A stretch of DNA of 64,000 nucleotides from an uncultured Methanosarcinaceae archaeon. Its GTDB lineage: Archaea > Halobacteriota > Methanosarcinia > Methanosarcinales > Methanosarcinaceae. Both the position numbers and the translations under genes were made by a program. This document shows, piece by piece, positions 46,805 through 58,857 of the stretch. The stretch spans positions 212,578 through 276,577 of the forward strand of contig CAWHXP010000008.1 of assembly GCA_963833425.1 (NCBI GenBank), given 5' to 3'. The notes under the pieces are model-generated. The model had not been told where the DNA came from. It did not search any database and was given only the letters and a program-made list of their open reading frames with translations. Numbering within the stretch: the first letter of the stretch is position 1; each line of letters starts with the position of its first letter.

Positions 46805-47085
46805 TAAATATTAAATTTAATATTATATTTACTACTTTTTGACTGTCATGATGGATGTTACCCCACGAATTCCCACCGTGGAATATTATTTATTACTATT
46901 TCCATCTTTGATTGTTTAAAAAAATCTGAAACGCATAAATGCTATACTTCGGATTGAATTGAGAATTTCATTTGGCAGAGAACCAGAATCAAGTGTAGCT
47001 ATCTTAGATCATCAATTGGTTAAATCCACATAAACACCTGGAGTGAGTGGCTATAAACCTAGCAAGCAAGTTAAAGTGAGTAAAT
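46805..47085 (+). pseudogene. IS5-family (IS1031-like) transposase remnant
   Basis: Reads ...WMLPHEFPPWNIIYYYF...RINAILRIELRISFGREPESSVAILDHQLVKST.TPGVSGY..., matching the WRMLPHDFPPW / AIIDSQSVKT pattern; contains stops. Confidence 0.7.
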
Positions 47086-47984
47086 AATAGTGTGGGATTT
47101 CACTGCAAATAGAATTAAGTAAATATAAGATACAGCTACATTTGACAGCTTGATAAATCATCAAACTGTTGATATTGTAAAAGGTGGAGAAATCTAACCG
47201 AAAATGGTATATCTTGTAAAAGGAGCACGAAATGAAGCAAATCTAAAATACAATGGAATTTTGGGTCTCACCATGCAGCTTATAAAACATCAGATTTGGC
47301 TGTTTTTCTCCATTTAATCCAGGAATGATAAATTTGATAAATAATCTTCGATGCAGTGGTGTGTGTGTGTGTATAAGGTATCCAGAGTGCGACATTAGCG
47401 TCGACGCACTTTTTATTTATGTGGTCAATTTGCTAGGTTTTGCCATTATAAAAACACTGTTTTTGATTTGTTCACTAAATATCAGTGACTCCCGTATTTA
47501 ATTTTTCTTTAAGCTAATAAGCAGTCTTCCATATTATACGAATACAGAAGATTAGGCACATTTTGCCTTAAAATGTAGGTTTAAGTACTAAAAAGTGCTA
47601 AATGTGAAAATAGTAAACAAGTGTTAAATGGAACTTTTAAGTTACAAAGAATCTTGAATCTTCAAAGAATCTTGAATCTTAAAGCAAAAGAAAATATGAA
47701 TTCAACAGGTCAAAATATGAATTTAAAAGGTTTAAAGCATCGCAAATCAGCTAATCCTTTGATTTCTCGTTTAATTAAATTTTTCCCCTCCTCATGCTGT
47801 TGTTGTTGATTGAACTTATTTCTTTTCCTCTTTTTCTTCTCACTAGAATAGAATAATCACCAACAAATAGTTTAAAGGTAAAAATATTTTTCCCATAGCG
47901 TACATGTCCAGAAATCCTATAATCTGATTATTTATCATACTGTATGATCATGATATTGATATATATTATAAAAGAGCGATTAAG

Positions 47985-49451
47985 ATGGCGAAAATCAAAT
48001 ATAAAAGTACAGTTCCTGTAAGAGAAGACCGATTGAACACCACAATCACATACTGTGGAACTGCAAGTGAGCTTGTGAATTTAACAAAGAGAAAATGTTT
48101 GAAGGTAAAAAATCGTGCATTCTCTCAGACAACTTTCTGTCAAGAGTGGCTGGCGATATTTACACTGGCAACGATAAAAGATGCAGTTATAATTACTCAT
48201 GCGCCTGTAGGATGCATCAGCTCACTGCCATTTATTAATATATTCAAGCGTTTCGGGCAAATTCTAAGGGGAGAAACACCTTTAAATGGAAAATGGATTT
48301 CTACCAACCTTACTGATACAGAGGCTATTCATGGAGGAGAAGACAAACTTAAAGAAGCAATTTTAGAGGCAGATAAAAGACACAGTCCAAATACAATATT
48401 CGTATTTTCATCATGTGTTGCTGGAATCATAGGTGAGAACATTAATGCAATAATGAAACAGGTTCAAAAAGGAGTATCTGCAACAGTGATCCCCGTATAC
48501 TGTGATGGATTCAAATCAAAAGTATGGGCATCTGGATACGATGGATCATTTCAGGGCGCTTTGAATCATCTAATTAAAAAACCTAAAAAGAGAATGGCTG
48601 ATTTAATCAATGTAATTAACCCACTTACAGTAGGAAGGCTTGATGAAGTTGAAATAGAAAGGCTTCTGGATAAATTAGGACTTAAAGCAAATTTCATCCC
48701 AAACTTTACTACTACAGAGAAGATTGGAAAATCATCTGAAGCAGCCCTTACTACAAGTATGTGTCCAACTTTCAGTGAATACTTTGCAAAATCATTAGAA
48801 GAACGTTATCATGTACCTTATACTCAAAAAATAATGCCTGTAGGTCTTGATAATACTGATTTGTGGCTTAGAGAAATTGGAAAATTCCTTGGAAAAGAGG
48901 ATGAAGTGGAAACAGTCATAAAAGCGGAGAGAGAAAGAGTTGAACCAAAAATAGAAAAACTTAGAGAAAAACTTGAGGGAAAAAGGGTATTCGTAAGTGC
49001 AGGACAATCAAGGGCAATAGGAATTCCAAATCTTCTTGCAGATTTGGGAATGGATATAGTGGGCATTACCGCATATCACTATGATGAAGTAATTTTTGAA
49101 AGCTTTGCGAATTTAGCGAAGAGATGTGGAAACTTCTGTACCAACGTTGCAAATGTACAGCCATTTGAGCAGACAAATATATTAAATAAAGAACAGCCTG
49201 ATTTTTATTTTGGTCATGTAGGAGAATCAATTTGGGCTGCAAAACAAGGATTTCCTACAGCCATGATTTACAATTTATCAGTTATCTATGCCGGCTATAA
49301 TGGCATTATATCATTTGGAAATAGAATTCTTAACTTGCTTAACAATCCCTCATTCAGTAAAAAGCTTGCTGAACATTCAAAGCCAATATATCGTGAAAGT
49401 TGGTTAAACGAAAATCCATTCAAGTACCATAAAGGGGAGGAATTAAAATGA
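47985..49451 (+). CDS. Nitrogenase component 1 alpha-like protein (NifD/NifE-like, non-canonical)
   Basis: Cys positions FSQTTFC, HAPVGC, FSSCVAGIIG and TSMCPT; STNLTDTEAIHGGEDKL; YNG near C-terminus. Confidence 0.88.
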   Translation: MAKIKYKSTVPVREDRLNTTITYCGTASELVNLTKRKCLKVKNRAFSQTTFCQEWLAIFTLATIKDAVIITHAPVGCISSLPFINIFKRFGQILRGETPLNGKWISTNLTDTEAIHGGEDKLKEAILEADKRHSPNTIFVFSSCVAGIIGENINAIMKQVQKGVSATVIPVYCDGFKSKVWASGYDGSFQGALNHLIKKPKKRMADLINVINPLTVGRLDEVEIERLLDKLGLKANFIPNFTTTEKIGKSSEAALTTSMCPTFSEYFAKSLEERYHVPYTQKIMPVGLDNTDLWLREIGKFLGKEDEVETVIKAERERVEPKIEKLREKLEGKRVFVSAGQSRAIGIPNLLADLGMDIVGITAYHYDEVIFESFANLAKRCGNFCTNVANVQPFEQTNILNKEQPDFYFGHVGESIWAAKQGFPTAMIYNLSVIYAGYNGIISFGNRILNLLNNPSFSKKLAEHSKPIYRESWLNENPFKYHKGEELK

Positions 49452-50377
49452 GCAAAATTATCGAAAGTCCTCGATTTTCATGTGCCCTCGGAGGTGCTTT
49501 GAGCACTATAACCGCAATAGAAAGCTATGTCCCGATTATTCATGCTGGACCTGGCTGTGGTGTTCAGATTTTCTATGGACAGAGCTTTGCTGGAGGTTTT
49601 AGGGGATCTGGATGGATTGGAGGAGTGAGCGTTCCAAGCACAAACACATATGAAAAAGAAGTTGTGTTTGGAGGAGAAAAACGGCTAAAAGAGCAAGTTG
49701 AAAAAACAATTGAGTTTATTGAAGGAGATAGGTATGTGGTACTTACTGGTTGTACAGCAGAACTTATTGGGGATGATGTGCGTTCAGTATTAAATGAATT
49801 TAAAGATAAGTTAGTCATCTATGCTCAAACTGCAGGTTTCAGGGGTTCAAGCTATATAGGTTATGAAATTCTGCTGGAAGCATTCATAAATCAGATAGTT
49901 GAAGAAAAGCCCAGAAAAAAAGGACTTGTAAATGTATTTGGAATAGTACCGTCTCAAGATGTATTTTGGGAAGGTAACCTTACTGAGATAGAGCGGATAC
50001 TAAATAGTATTGGTTTAGAAGTTAACACACTCTTTAATGGAAAGAAAATCGAAGACTTATCATCTGCTGTTTTAAATATTGTACTATCACCCTGGGTGGG
50101 TGTTAGAGCAGCTGAAAAGTTGAAAGAACAATTTAAAATACCTTATATTGTTAATCCGCTTCCAATAGGAGTTACTGAGACAAATTCATTCCTGGAAAAG
50201 GTTGGTACTGCATTGGGGATAGATGTTAGTGATGCAACTGCGAAGGAAGAGGAGAAAACCTACAAATCCATTGATAAAGTCGCAGATTTTGTTGTGGATC
50301 TTGATGTGCAACTTCGATTTGCAACCATCACGTCGATCCATTGCTGGATTTCACTGTCATTGATTGCGCCAGAGTAG
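49448..50377 (+). pseudogene. Nitrogenase component 1 beta-like protein (NifK/NifN-like), 3'-truncated
   Basis: PRFSCALGGA, HAGPGCG, STN...VVFGGEKRL and LTGCTAELIGDD motifs; only 309 aa, and the last codons are antisense of the ABC binding-protein gene. Confidence 0.82.
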
Positions 50378-51094
50378 CTGTAATAATGGGAATTCGCCGT
50401 AGGAAGCCCAACGTTTTTTGCTGTCAATTCACCTGATTCTTTTGGATGATCATTTGACCATCTTCAGCATCTTTATATGCTTTAGTAAATGCCCGTACGT
50501 CATTAGGATGGTTCTTGATAAATCATTCTCGAGGTCCGAGCAGATACCAAGTGCACAAATCGCAATCTTTGGCTTATGCCCATTAGCCACAAGTTCCTGG
50601 AAAGTATGGTATGAGCTCGAATTGAGTACAAGCCAGTGCATGTGATATTTCATGATGTTTCCTTCGAATGGTTCAGAACCACCTTGAACTACCGCTTTCA
50701 CTTTTGCACCACTCTATAAGAGATTAGTAATAGTGTTTGGATGTCCATCAACAACATTAGTTTGCCCTGAAATGAGAGCTGTTGGTTGCAATGACCAGTC
50801 AAGGTGCCCCTGATCCTGAGAATCGATACCGCTAGCAACGAAGAAACCTTTCTGCATACCAACGTACCAAGGAGTCCCTGCGCAATCTTTGTTGACATTT
50901 GCCTTTATAGTAATATTAGGAGCTTGGGAAAGGTTCTGAAGATCTGTTTTCACTGCCGTGCCGATAGCATCCGTCTTGTTCTGGATACAACCTGTCACAA
51001 AAACTAATAACACAATGCTTATAACTACTATTCCCATTGCTAATATGTGTTTGTTGCTTGGTTTTTTGAGAATATCATTCATGATATACACCAA
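50322..51094 (-). pseudogene. ABC transporter substrate-binding lipoprotein (SsuA/TauA/NMT1-like), disrupted
   Basis: Lipobox-like LLVFVTGC; in-frame TAG at 50714-50716; internal deletion/frameshift near 50525; C-terminal VGLPTANSHYYSYSGAINDSEIQQWIDVMV fragment. Confidence 0.75.
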
Positions 51095-51129
51095 AACTTT
51101 TCAAAATAGAAATTAAGATCAGATTAAAA

Positions 51130-51951
51130 TCAGATCACGATAGTTTCTTTCCATTTCATCGAACGCTTTTCTAGCTTCAACATAACACGGTTTATAACAA
51201 TACCAAGCAGGGCGACTGTAACTATACCTGCATACATCTTTGGAATCTGGAATGTGGCCTGTGCCTGAATGATCATGAATCCAAGCCCAGAGTGTGCACC
51301 GATCATCTCTGCGCCAATGAGCATGAAGAATGAGAATGCAGCTCCCATACGTATGCCTGTGAATACAGTCGGTAACGAAGCCGGGAGCAGTACCTTCCAA
51401 AACATTTTCAGTTTACTCAGCCCTGCTGTTCTTGCTACTTTTATCAATATAGGATCAACGTTTTTGATGCCAGTAATAGTGTTGAAAAGTATCGGCCACT
51501 GACATACCCAGTATATAATGGCAATCTTGGAGATTTCACCAATTCCTAGAAGTGCCATAAAGACCGGAAACAGAGTGAATGGGTTTGCCTGACCAAGAAT
51601 TTGCAGTAGCGGATTAACAGATGTTTCAAATCCCTTGAACCAGCCTCCAAGTAGGAATCCTAGCGGTAATGCTGCCAGGAGTGCCAATCCAAAGCCTATG
51701 GTCACCCTTATAAGACTGGATATGGTCTGGTGAATTAGCTCTCCGGATAGTATCAGATTCACTATTGAGGCAAAAATTACTGAAGGAGGAGATATGAACA
51801 AGATGTTAACTAATCCAAATCTTGGAGCTGCTTCCCATATTAGCAGGAATAGGATAATAGCTATCGATTGACGAAAATATGATTTTAAAAAATTAATAAT
51901 ATCGAAACCTGAAGATTTGTATGTAGACACTGAGTTGGAATTCCCTCCCAT
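51130..51951 (-). CDS. ABC transporter permease (SsuC/TauC/NtrB-like)
   Basis: ISPPSVI, NTITGIKNVDPILIKVAR (EAA loop), LPASLPTVFTGIR and AEMIGAHSGLG motifs. Confidence 0.92.
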   Translation of the reverse strand: MGGNSNSVSTYKSSGFDIINFLKSYFRQSIAIILFLLIWEAAPRFGLVNILFISPPSVIFASIVNLILSGELIHQTISSLIRVTIGFGLALLAALPLGFLLGGWFKGFETSVNPLLQILGQANPFTLFPVFMALLGIGEISKIAIIYWVCQWPILFNTITGIKNVDPILIKVARTAGLSKLKMFWKVLLPASLPTVFTGIRMGAAFSFFMLIGAEMIGAHSGLGFMIIQAQATFQIPKMYAGIVTVALLGIVINRVMLKLEKRSMKWKETIVI

Positions 51952-52000
51952 TTAATCACTTCGACTGACTCTCAAAAGATATCGACAAGCCAGCCGTTTT

Positions 52001-52885
52001 TTAAACACTTCTCACATCTCCGAAACTGCATTCTTCGATCGAGCACTTTGAGTGGATCTCTTGCGTCTTGAAAACTTCTTCTTTTAAAAGTTCCCATAAC
52101 TTGTGCCTGATCTCGACGAACTCAGCAGTTATCTTCAAATCGTTCGATAACCGGCTACTTCTGGAGATTGGAATATCAATAACATTCTTGATGATCCCAG
52201 GCCTGCCAGTCATGACCGCAACCCTATCAGCTAAAAATACTGCTTCGTCTATGCTGTGAGTTATAAATATTACAGTCTTTCGCGTCTGATCCCTTATCTT
52301 CAAAAGATCCCTTTGCATTATTTCTCTGGTTTGGGCATCAAGAGCAGCGAACGGTTCGTCCATTAAAAGTACTTCGGGGTTTATAGCAAGCGCTCTCGCA
52401 ATCGCTACCCTTTGCTTCATGCCTCCGCTTAATTCATAAGGGTACCTATCCTCAAAATCTGACAATCCGACAAGTGAAAGGTATTTTCTTGCGATTTTTT
52501 TCCTGACACCTTTTTCGACATTTTTTGCCTCAAGCAAAAATGAAACATTATCCAGTGCAGTCCTCCACGGGAAAAGGGCAGATTGTTGAAAAACAATGGC
52601 TCTGTCAAGTCCAGGACCTTTAATAGGTTTACCATTGATTAATATTTCCCCATTATCTGGTTCCGTGAGTCCACCAATAAGGTCAAATAATGTGGATTTT
52701 CCACATCCGCTGGGTCCGATAATAACTAAAAATTCCCCAACTTTAATGTTGAGGTTTACACCATCAAGCGCATAAAACTTAGATTCTGAAGCTTTTCCTT
52801 TATTAGAGGTCTCAGAATTTCGTATTTTGAATGATTTTATAACATTTATTGCTTCAATAGTCATGATATCAACACCCGCGTGCAT
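52001..52885 (-). CDS. ABC transporter ATP-binding protein (SsuB/TauB-like)
   Basis: GPSGCGKST, VFQ...LFPWRT, LSGGMKQRVAIARALA, LLMDEPFAALD and ITHSIDEAVFLADR motifs. Confidence 0.95.
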   Translation of the reverse strand: MHAGVDIMTIEAINVIKSFKIRNSETSNKGKASESKFYALDGVNLNIKVGEFLVIIGPSGCGKSTLFDLIGGLTEPDNGEILINGKPIKGPGLDRAIVFQQSALFPWRTALDNVSFLLEAKNVEKGVRKKIARKYLSLVGLSDFEDRYPYELSGGMKQRVAIARALAINPEVLLMDEPFAALDAQTREIMQRDLLKIRDQTRKTVIFITHSIDEAVFLADRVAVMTGRPGIIKNVIDIPISRSSRLSNDLKITAEFVEIRHKLWELLKEEVFKTQEIHSKCSIEECSFGDVRSV

Positions 52886-55204
52886 CTAAAATAATACGAT
52901 GCCGGCAGTATATAAGCATCGATTTATCAGCAACATTGGTCTCAAATATTTGTTTTTTGGGAGGATTGAGGCAAATTCAATACCATCAATTTGTACATTT
53001 TATTCGCCAAATCCTGTGCAGATTGCATAAAAATAACTCATGAATAAGAATTATCGTATAGCATTACGTGGTTGATACCTTCATAATCGAGTTTTCGATG
53101 CATATATGCTTACGTTTTGATCATCGAATTAAAGTATCTATACTGATCTCACTGAAATGCTGAACTTCACACTGGGAACTGAAATACACAATATTCATTT
53201 TTAATATTAAAATTCACATTTTACAACAAAAAGTACCTAATGAATCTTTTATGCTAATTAATAATACGATTCCAAAGTACTTTCACAAAGTTTCATTTTC
53301 AGTGAGACTTGATGATTTTGACTAAAATAATCTATCCGACCTCGTATTCTGTTGTTTGAATAGCGAACGAGCTATTAAGTTATTCGCGTCTACATAGTGT
53401 CTGCGAAGAATGCGTTATTTAAGAATTCGTGATGAGAAAGACAACTGTAACAATGCCTAAAAGATTCAGTTATCAATACCCACTGTAACTGTTGTTCAAT
53501 TTAAAATAAGGAAATGTTATTTTGATATCTTTGAACCTAGTGAATTTTTCATATCTGTTTATCTTATGCACTATTTTAGCCTGAGCCGCTTATGAATACT
53601 TCTGGGATTCTGGAGTAAAATCTATGCTTTTGTTGTATCGGTTCCCTTCTTCATTGCTTTGCTGATCATATGAAAGTTAATCGGATTATTGGGATTATGA
53701 ACTGCGACTTTTGTGTATTGGTACTTGGTGCTGCTTCGTAGACCGTCACCAGCTGTACGAAGCAGTTTACCCACTGCTTTATTGGCTATTATCACCTGTG
53801 AACCAACTTCTTGAATCCTATACTCGTAACTGGCACTACAAATGAACAATGCCAGAGTTGAGATATATCATCTATGTACCTCATTCCCTGAGTATTACAA
53901 TATCAACATGCTCAAGTTAAATAGCTATCAGAGACCACTTTGGCACGGTCTGTGATCATCTCAAACATACTGGTTATCATTAACTATTCTGAAAAATTAA
54001 TATAAAGTAAAAACCATTTAAGATTCTGTAAACTCTTCGTCACTTAATTTTATATAAATCAGCATATCATTAGTAAGTGCCTTTTCTAAAAGGGCACTAC
54101 CATATCTAGATGACAACAATTTTACAAAACTCCTTAACATCCATTATTTATACTTCTTCGAAATCCACTACTTATCGTGCAAGAGTCAATCTTACATATA
54201 AAACAAAAAACAAAAAAATTGTATTATACCTTAATTATAGTAGAACTTCCATTAAGAACTTTAGTTATCACTCCTAAATAAGTGGAGGATTTTAAAAGAA
54301 ATTAAATTTTCATAGGTACAAATTTCTTATCTTGCAGGAAAAAAGCGGTAAAAAGGATTTTTGAAATTCAAGATTTCAGAAAAAGCAAAAATTAAGACTT
54401 TTCCAGGTTTATTGTACTATATCTTTTCCCGGACCATTTTTTTTATACCACGTTAATTTATCTTGCTGTTTGTTTCTATTTCATCGGTTCTCCAAAACAA
54501 ATTATGTTGCTAGTACAAACACAAGCTTCTGTAGAGGAGCTTTTATCTCCGTACTCATTTGCGACCCTAATTTCGAACCCGAATTTTTCACAAGACAAAA
54601 CCTAAAATTCTTTTAGTTAACTAAAGTTCACTTCATATCACCTAAACATGCCTAATATAAAAATTATGAAATTTAGATTCAGACCTCTCCTAAAGAAATG
54701 ATTTTGAAGATTATTCAGCATCTGAAATCAAATGGAGAAAAAAAGGAAAGGAATTCGATAAGTTCCTAAATTTTGTCATATACTCATAAGTGGTATATAT
54801 GTGACTCTAAAAAATCAAAGGTTTATCGAAATTACCTGAAAAACCACAGAAACTCTGGAAAAGAGCTAATCACGAACTGGGTTAATAGAAACAGAATAAT
54901 AAGGGTACAAAATCACTGGGTAACACTCCAGATGCTCTTTTAATACACATATAATCATAGCCGGTTTGCCATGCATAAATAATCTTCATATTTCTGGTTT
55001 ATCTGAACGCTTTTTAGAATAAACCATATCTGCTGTCAAGTACTAATATATGCATCCATGATTTCCTCAAAATATTTTCAAAAACTTCCAGTCTTTAGGG
55101 GTATCTTTCTTCATTTTACCTCTTGGGGCCGTAAAAAAGGATGTACTTTCTGAATTTCCACCGCTTTTTTTTACAGGAACGGAAGCAGAAATCGTACTTA
55201 TTTT

Positions 55205-55663
55205 TTAGGAATTTATGTACTTTTCCGGATTCTCATCGAACTCCTTCTTACAGTCAGGAGAGCAGAAATAGTACGTTTTTCCCTTATACTCACTCTTGTC
55301 TAGACTTTTATGGATTTTCATTTTGCAAACTGGACATACTACTAATGAGAAATCAACTACTTCTGATGGATTAGAATCCACAGCTTTCATTGTTGCAGGT
55401 TTTACTTGTTCAGAAGTTCCCGAAATATCATTCCCTGTGATTCGTGTCTTTCCGGCACATCCGGTTGTAGAGGCAAAAAGAGCAATGATGAAAAACATTG
55501 CCATGATCTTTAAATTCTTTTTCATCAATAATACCTTCAAAGTTTTCTTCATTTCACATCGACTTATATAAATATTTCTCAGCTGATAGAATTTGGAATT
55601 TTTGAGTTTAAGTTCTGTTAGGTTTTTGTTAACTAAATAGATAGTACTCTTTCGAGAAGGCAA
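55205..55663 (-). CDS. YHS-domain (metal-binding) lipoprotein
   Basis: CPVCKM...[47 protein letters not shown] lipoprotein-like signal; true start probably an internal Met. Confidence 0.8.
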   Translation of the reverse strand: MPSRKSTIYLVNKNLTELKLKNSKFYQLRNIYISRCEMKKTLKVLLMKKNLKIMAMFFIIALFASTTGCAGKTRITGNDISGTSEQVKPATMKAVDSNPSEVVDFSLVVCPVCKMKIHKSLDKSEYKGKTYYFCSPDCKKEFDENPEKYINS

Positions 55664-55725
55664 AAATTATGAAATCTAACAACAATTTCAGATTAACTAA
55701 TTTGTCATATTTTGACGATTTTTAT

Positions 55726-55908
55726 ACACAACTTCGAATACCAATGTAGCGATTTTTTGATATAATCCTTTGATGTTGGCATAAAAAAAATAATACTTTT
55801 TGGCTATCTTGTATCTTAATCGAATACAAATTAAATTAGAATCCCCCATTTTCAATATCAAGATAATTCTAATTCAGAAAATCGTTACATTGGTATCCGA
55901 AGTTGTGT
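55726..55908. mobile_element. 183-bp MITE-like element with ~31-bp terminal inverted repeats (family B)
   Basis: ACACAACTTCGAATACCAATGTAGCGATTTT vs reverse complement of the right end ACACAACTTCGGATACCAATGTAACGATTTT (2 mismatches). Confidence 0.8.
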
Positions 55909-56218
55909 TTTAAAAATACTAATTATATGATTAAGTGTTATCATAAATTGATATGAAAAAATGAGAAAAAACAGAATGATAAGAACAAGTTGTCTCCGTA
56001 AGCTATTGATAAACTGCACATAGAATATTTTCAACTTATAATCTTATTATTCTAAGAATTTGTTCAAAAATACAAATCTATCTTCTGGATACAGTTTGAA
56101 CAAAGAATAAAACCTCAAAAACGAATAAAGCATGAAACGAGTAGCACGACATTACCAAAAATTAAGATTGATAGATGCACCCTTCAACGATTGGTATCGT
56201 TAATATTTGGTGGTTTAA

Positions 56219-56956
56219 GTGAATGATGATATCTTTGAACAAATTCATAAAAGATTGACTGTAGAACAAATAATGACCCCAAAAAAAGAGTTTTATTTCC
56301 ATCCTCAGGATTCTAAATCTCATAAAGAAATAACTACTTTTCCTATCGAGAATGAAGACGGATCAATTATTAAATACTTTATCAATTATTAAATACTTTA
56401 ATAGTAAAGGTTCCACGCAGCACTATATATTACCAAATAAGATGGTTTCAAAAGACCTTGATATAATGTCTTTAATCAAAATACTGGATAGAAACTCCTT
56501 TTTCTTTGTAATCCATGATGAAATAGTAGGGATAGTTACTGTTGCAGACTTAAGAAAGGTAGCTGTAAGGATGTTCTTTTATTTGCTACTTTACAGTCAG
56601 GAAAATCAGATGAAGGTTTTTTTTAAAGAAAGACTGTCTGAAGCTGACTGTATAGAACTTGCAAAACCTAAATGCAGAATGCAAGAAAAAAGTATGAGCT
56701 TTCTGTTTTTGAAGAGTGCAGTTTTTACGATTACCTGGTAGCCTTGAAAAATTATGATGCTTTTAAACAAAAAAATGGTTTTTCAATAAGAGACATTGAG
56801 CAATTCGGTGGTCTTGATAAATTCAGAAATTGGATCATGCACCCTTCAAGAGCGGAAGTCAAAGTGAAAATGGACTTTGAAATTGATTACAACCATTACT
56901 TATTCAAGCAGCTTGATAGAATCCAGAAGCTAGAAATATTATTGAAAAATAGCTGA
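56219..56956 (+). pseudogene. CBS-domain protein with C-terminal HEPN-like RxxxxH motif, frameshifted
   Basis: LTVEQIMTP...IVGIVTVADL CBS motifs; FRNWIMHP; frame broken by a 19-bp tandem duplication (56362-56399) and again near 56670. Confidence 0.7.
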
Positions 56957-57116
56957 GACTTGTTCAATCTCAAAAACATTTCTGCAAAAAAATTAAAAAA
57001 TTTGTAGTTACGTGCCTGAGATGAGCTTCGTGCTATTCAATGACTTTGAAACTGTGAATTCATTTCAGGATACAACAGAATCGAAGCTTGCTTGAAAGAT
57101 ACCTAATCCTCCATAG

Positions 57117-57882
<766 letters not shown>

Positions 57883-58719
57883 ATATTGGTTACTGTTCAC
57901 ACAATATGGAAAAATTATTTTTTCGGTAAACACTATTTCATCACTTTTATTTTTATGAGATTTGCTTAATCAATTGTATCAGTCTGTGACAATCGGAAAG
58001 CAAGATCATTAACTGTTACAAAAAAATACAATTTAGATGTACTTACGAAAGCGGGATATACAGAGTCTGTGCACTCTACGGCGCATTAAAAAGATGCTGT
58101 AGTCTAAGTCGTCAACATAGCGGAATCTGCATACTCCAGTCATGCTTTAGGAATATCTTACGAGGATTGCAGCCAAAAAAAAATGATCGTTGCCTTCATA
58201 AGGTGAAGCAGCATTTTAGTTATCCTAATATCGGTGATTTTAATAAAAACTATATTTTTATCTTAAATTCAAATAAAAATTTCATATAATTTTTGCTGCA
58301 AAAGTAGAAAATTCATAGATTTTTTACAAAAACTATGCATAAAATAAAATCTAAATCAAACCTTCTGTCAGTAACTGTCGTTGTAGCTTCATTAGTAGCT
58401 ACAAAGGTTAGAGCAATTCACAACAACCATAAAAGTAGCGCCATACTAGACGATATAGGGGAAAATGACAATTTTATTTAAAAAACTTCTTTAAAAAAGT
58501 CCAATATGTTGTTTCTTAAGTCCAGGACGTTTTACTTGGCTGGGCAAGTTTCAAATTTAGGTAGAGAAATGTGGGAAATTTTAATATTATCTTTAAAAAG
58601 GCTTACAAAATATACTATAGTTTAAATATAATTATCCAGGAGTTGTATTTATTAGAATTTTAAGGTAGTATTAGGACAAAATAAAAAACCGGTGCTTTGA
58701 ACAAAAATTTAGATCCCGG

Positions 58720-58857
58720 AGCGAACACGACAAAGCTCTGGCACATGTAATGAACTCCTTGTTGAAAAACGACATCCAGCTTTTCAAACAATTCACCGAC
58801 AACGAATCTTTCCGCAGACGGTTGGACGATATCATCTCCGAGCGGACTTATAAATAA
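58720..58857 (+). pseudogene. C-terminal fragment of type I restriction endonuclease subunit R
   Basis: EHDKALAHVMNSLLKNDIQLFKQFTDNESFRRRLDDIISERTYK* resembles an HsdR C-terminus; GC richer than flanks. Confidence 0.6.

Noticed and set aside
47359..47372. (GT)7 microsatellite as a phase-variation switch
   Set aside because: Intergenic and more than 600 bp from the next start codon; no evidence of function.
47985..50377. Functional Mo/V/Fe nitrogenase (nifDK)
   Set aside because: No nifH, nifI or nifEN context, divergent motifs and a truncated beta subunit; cannot support N2 fixation.
50714..50716. Pyrrolysine read-through rescuing the ABC binding protein
   Set aside because: The TAG is in frame, but a downstream deletion/frameshift and the lost 3' end destroy the gene anyway.
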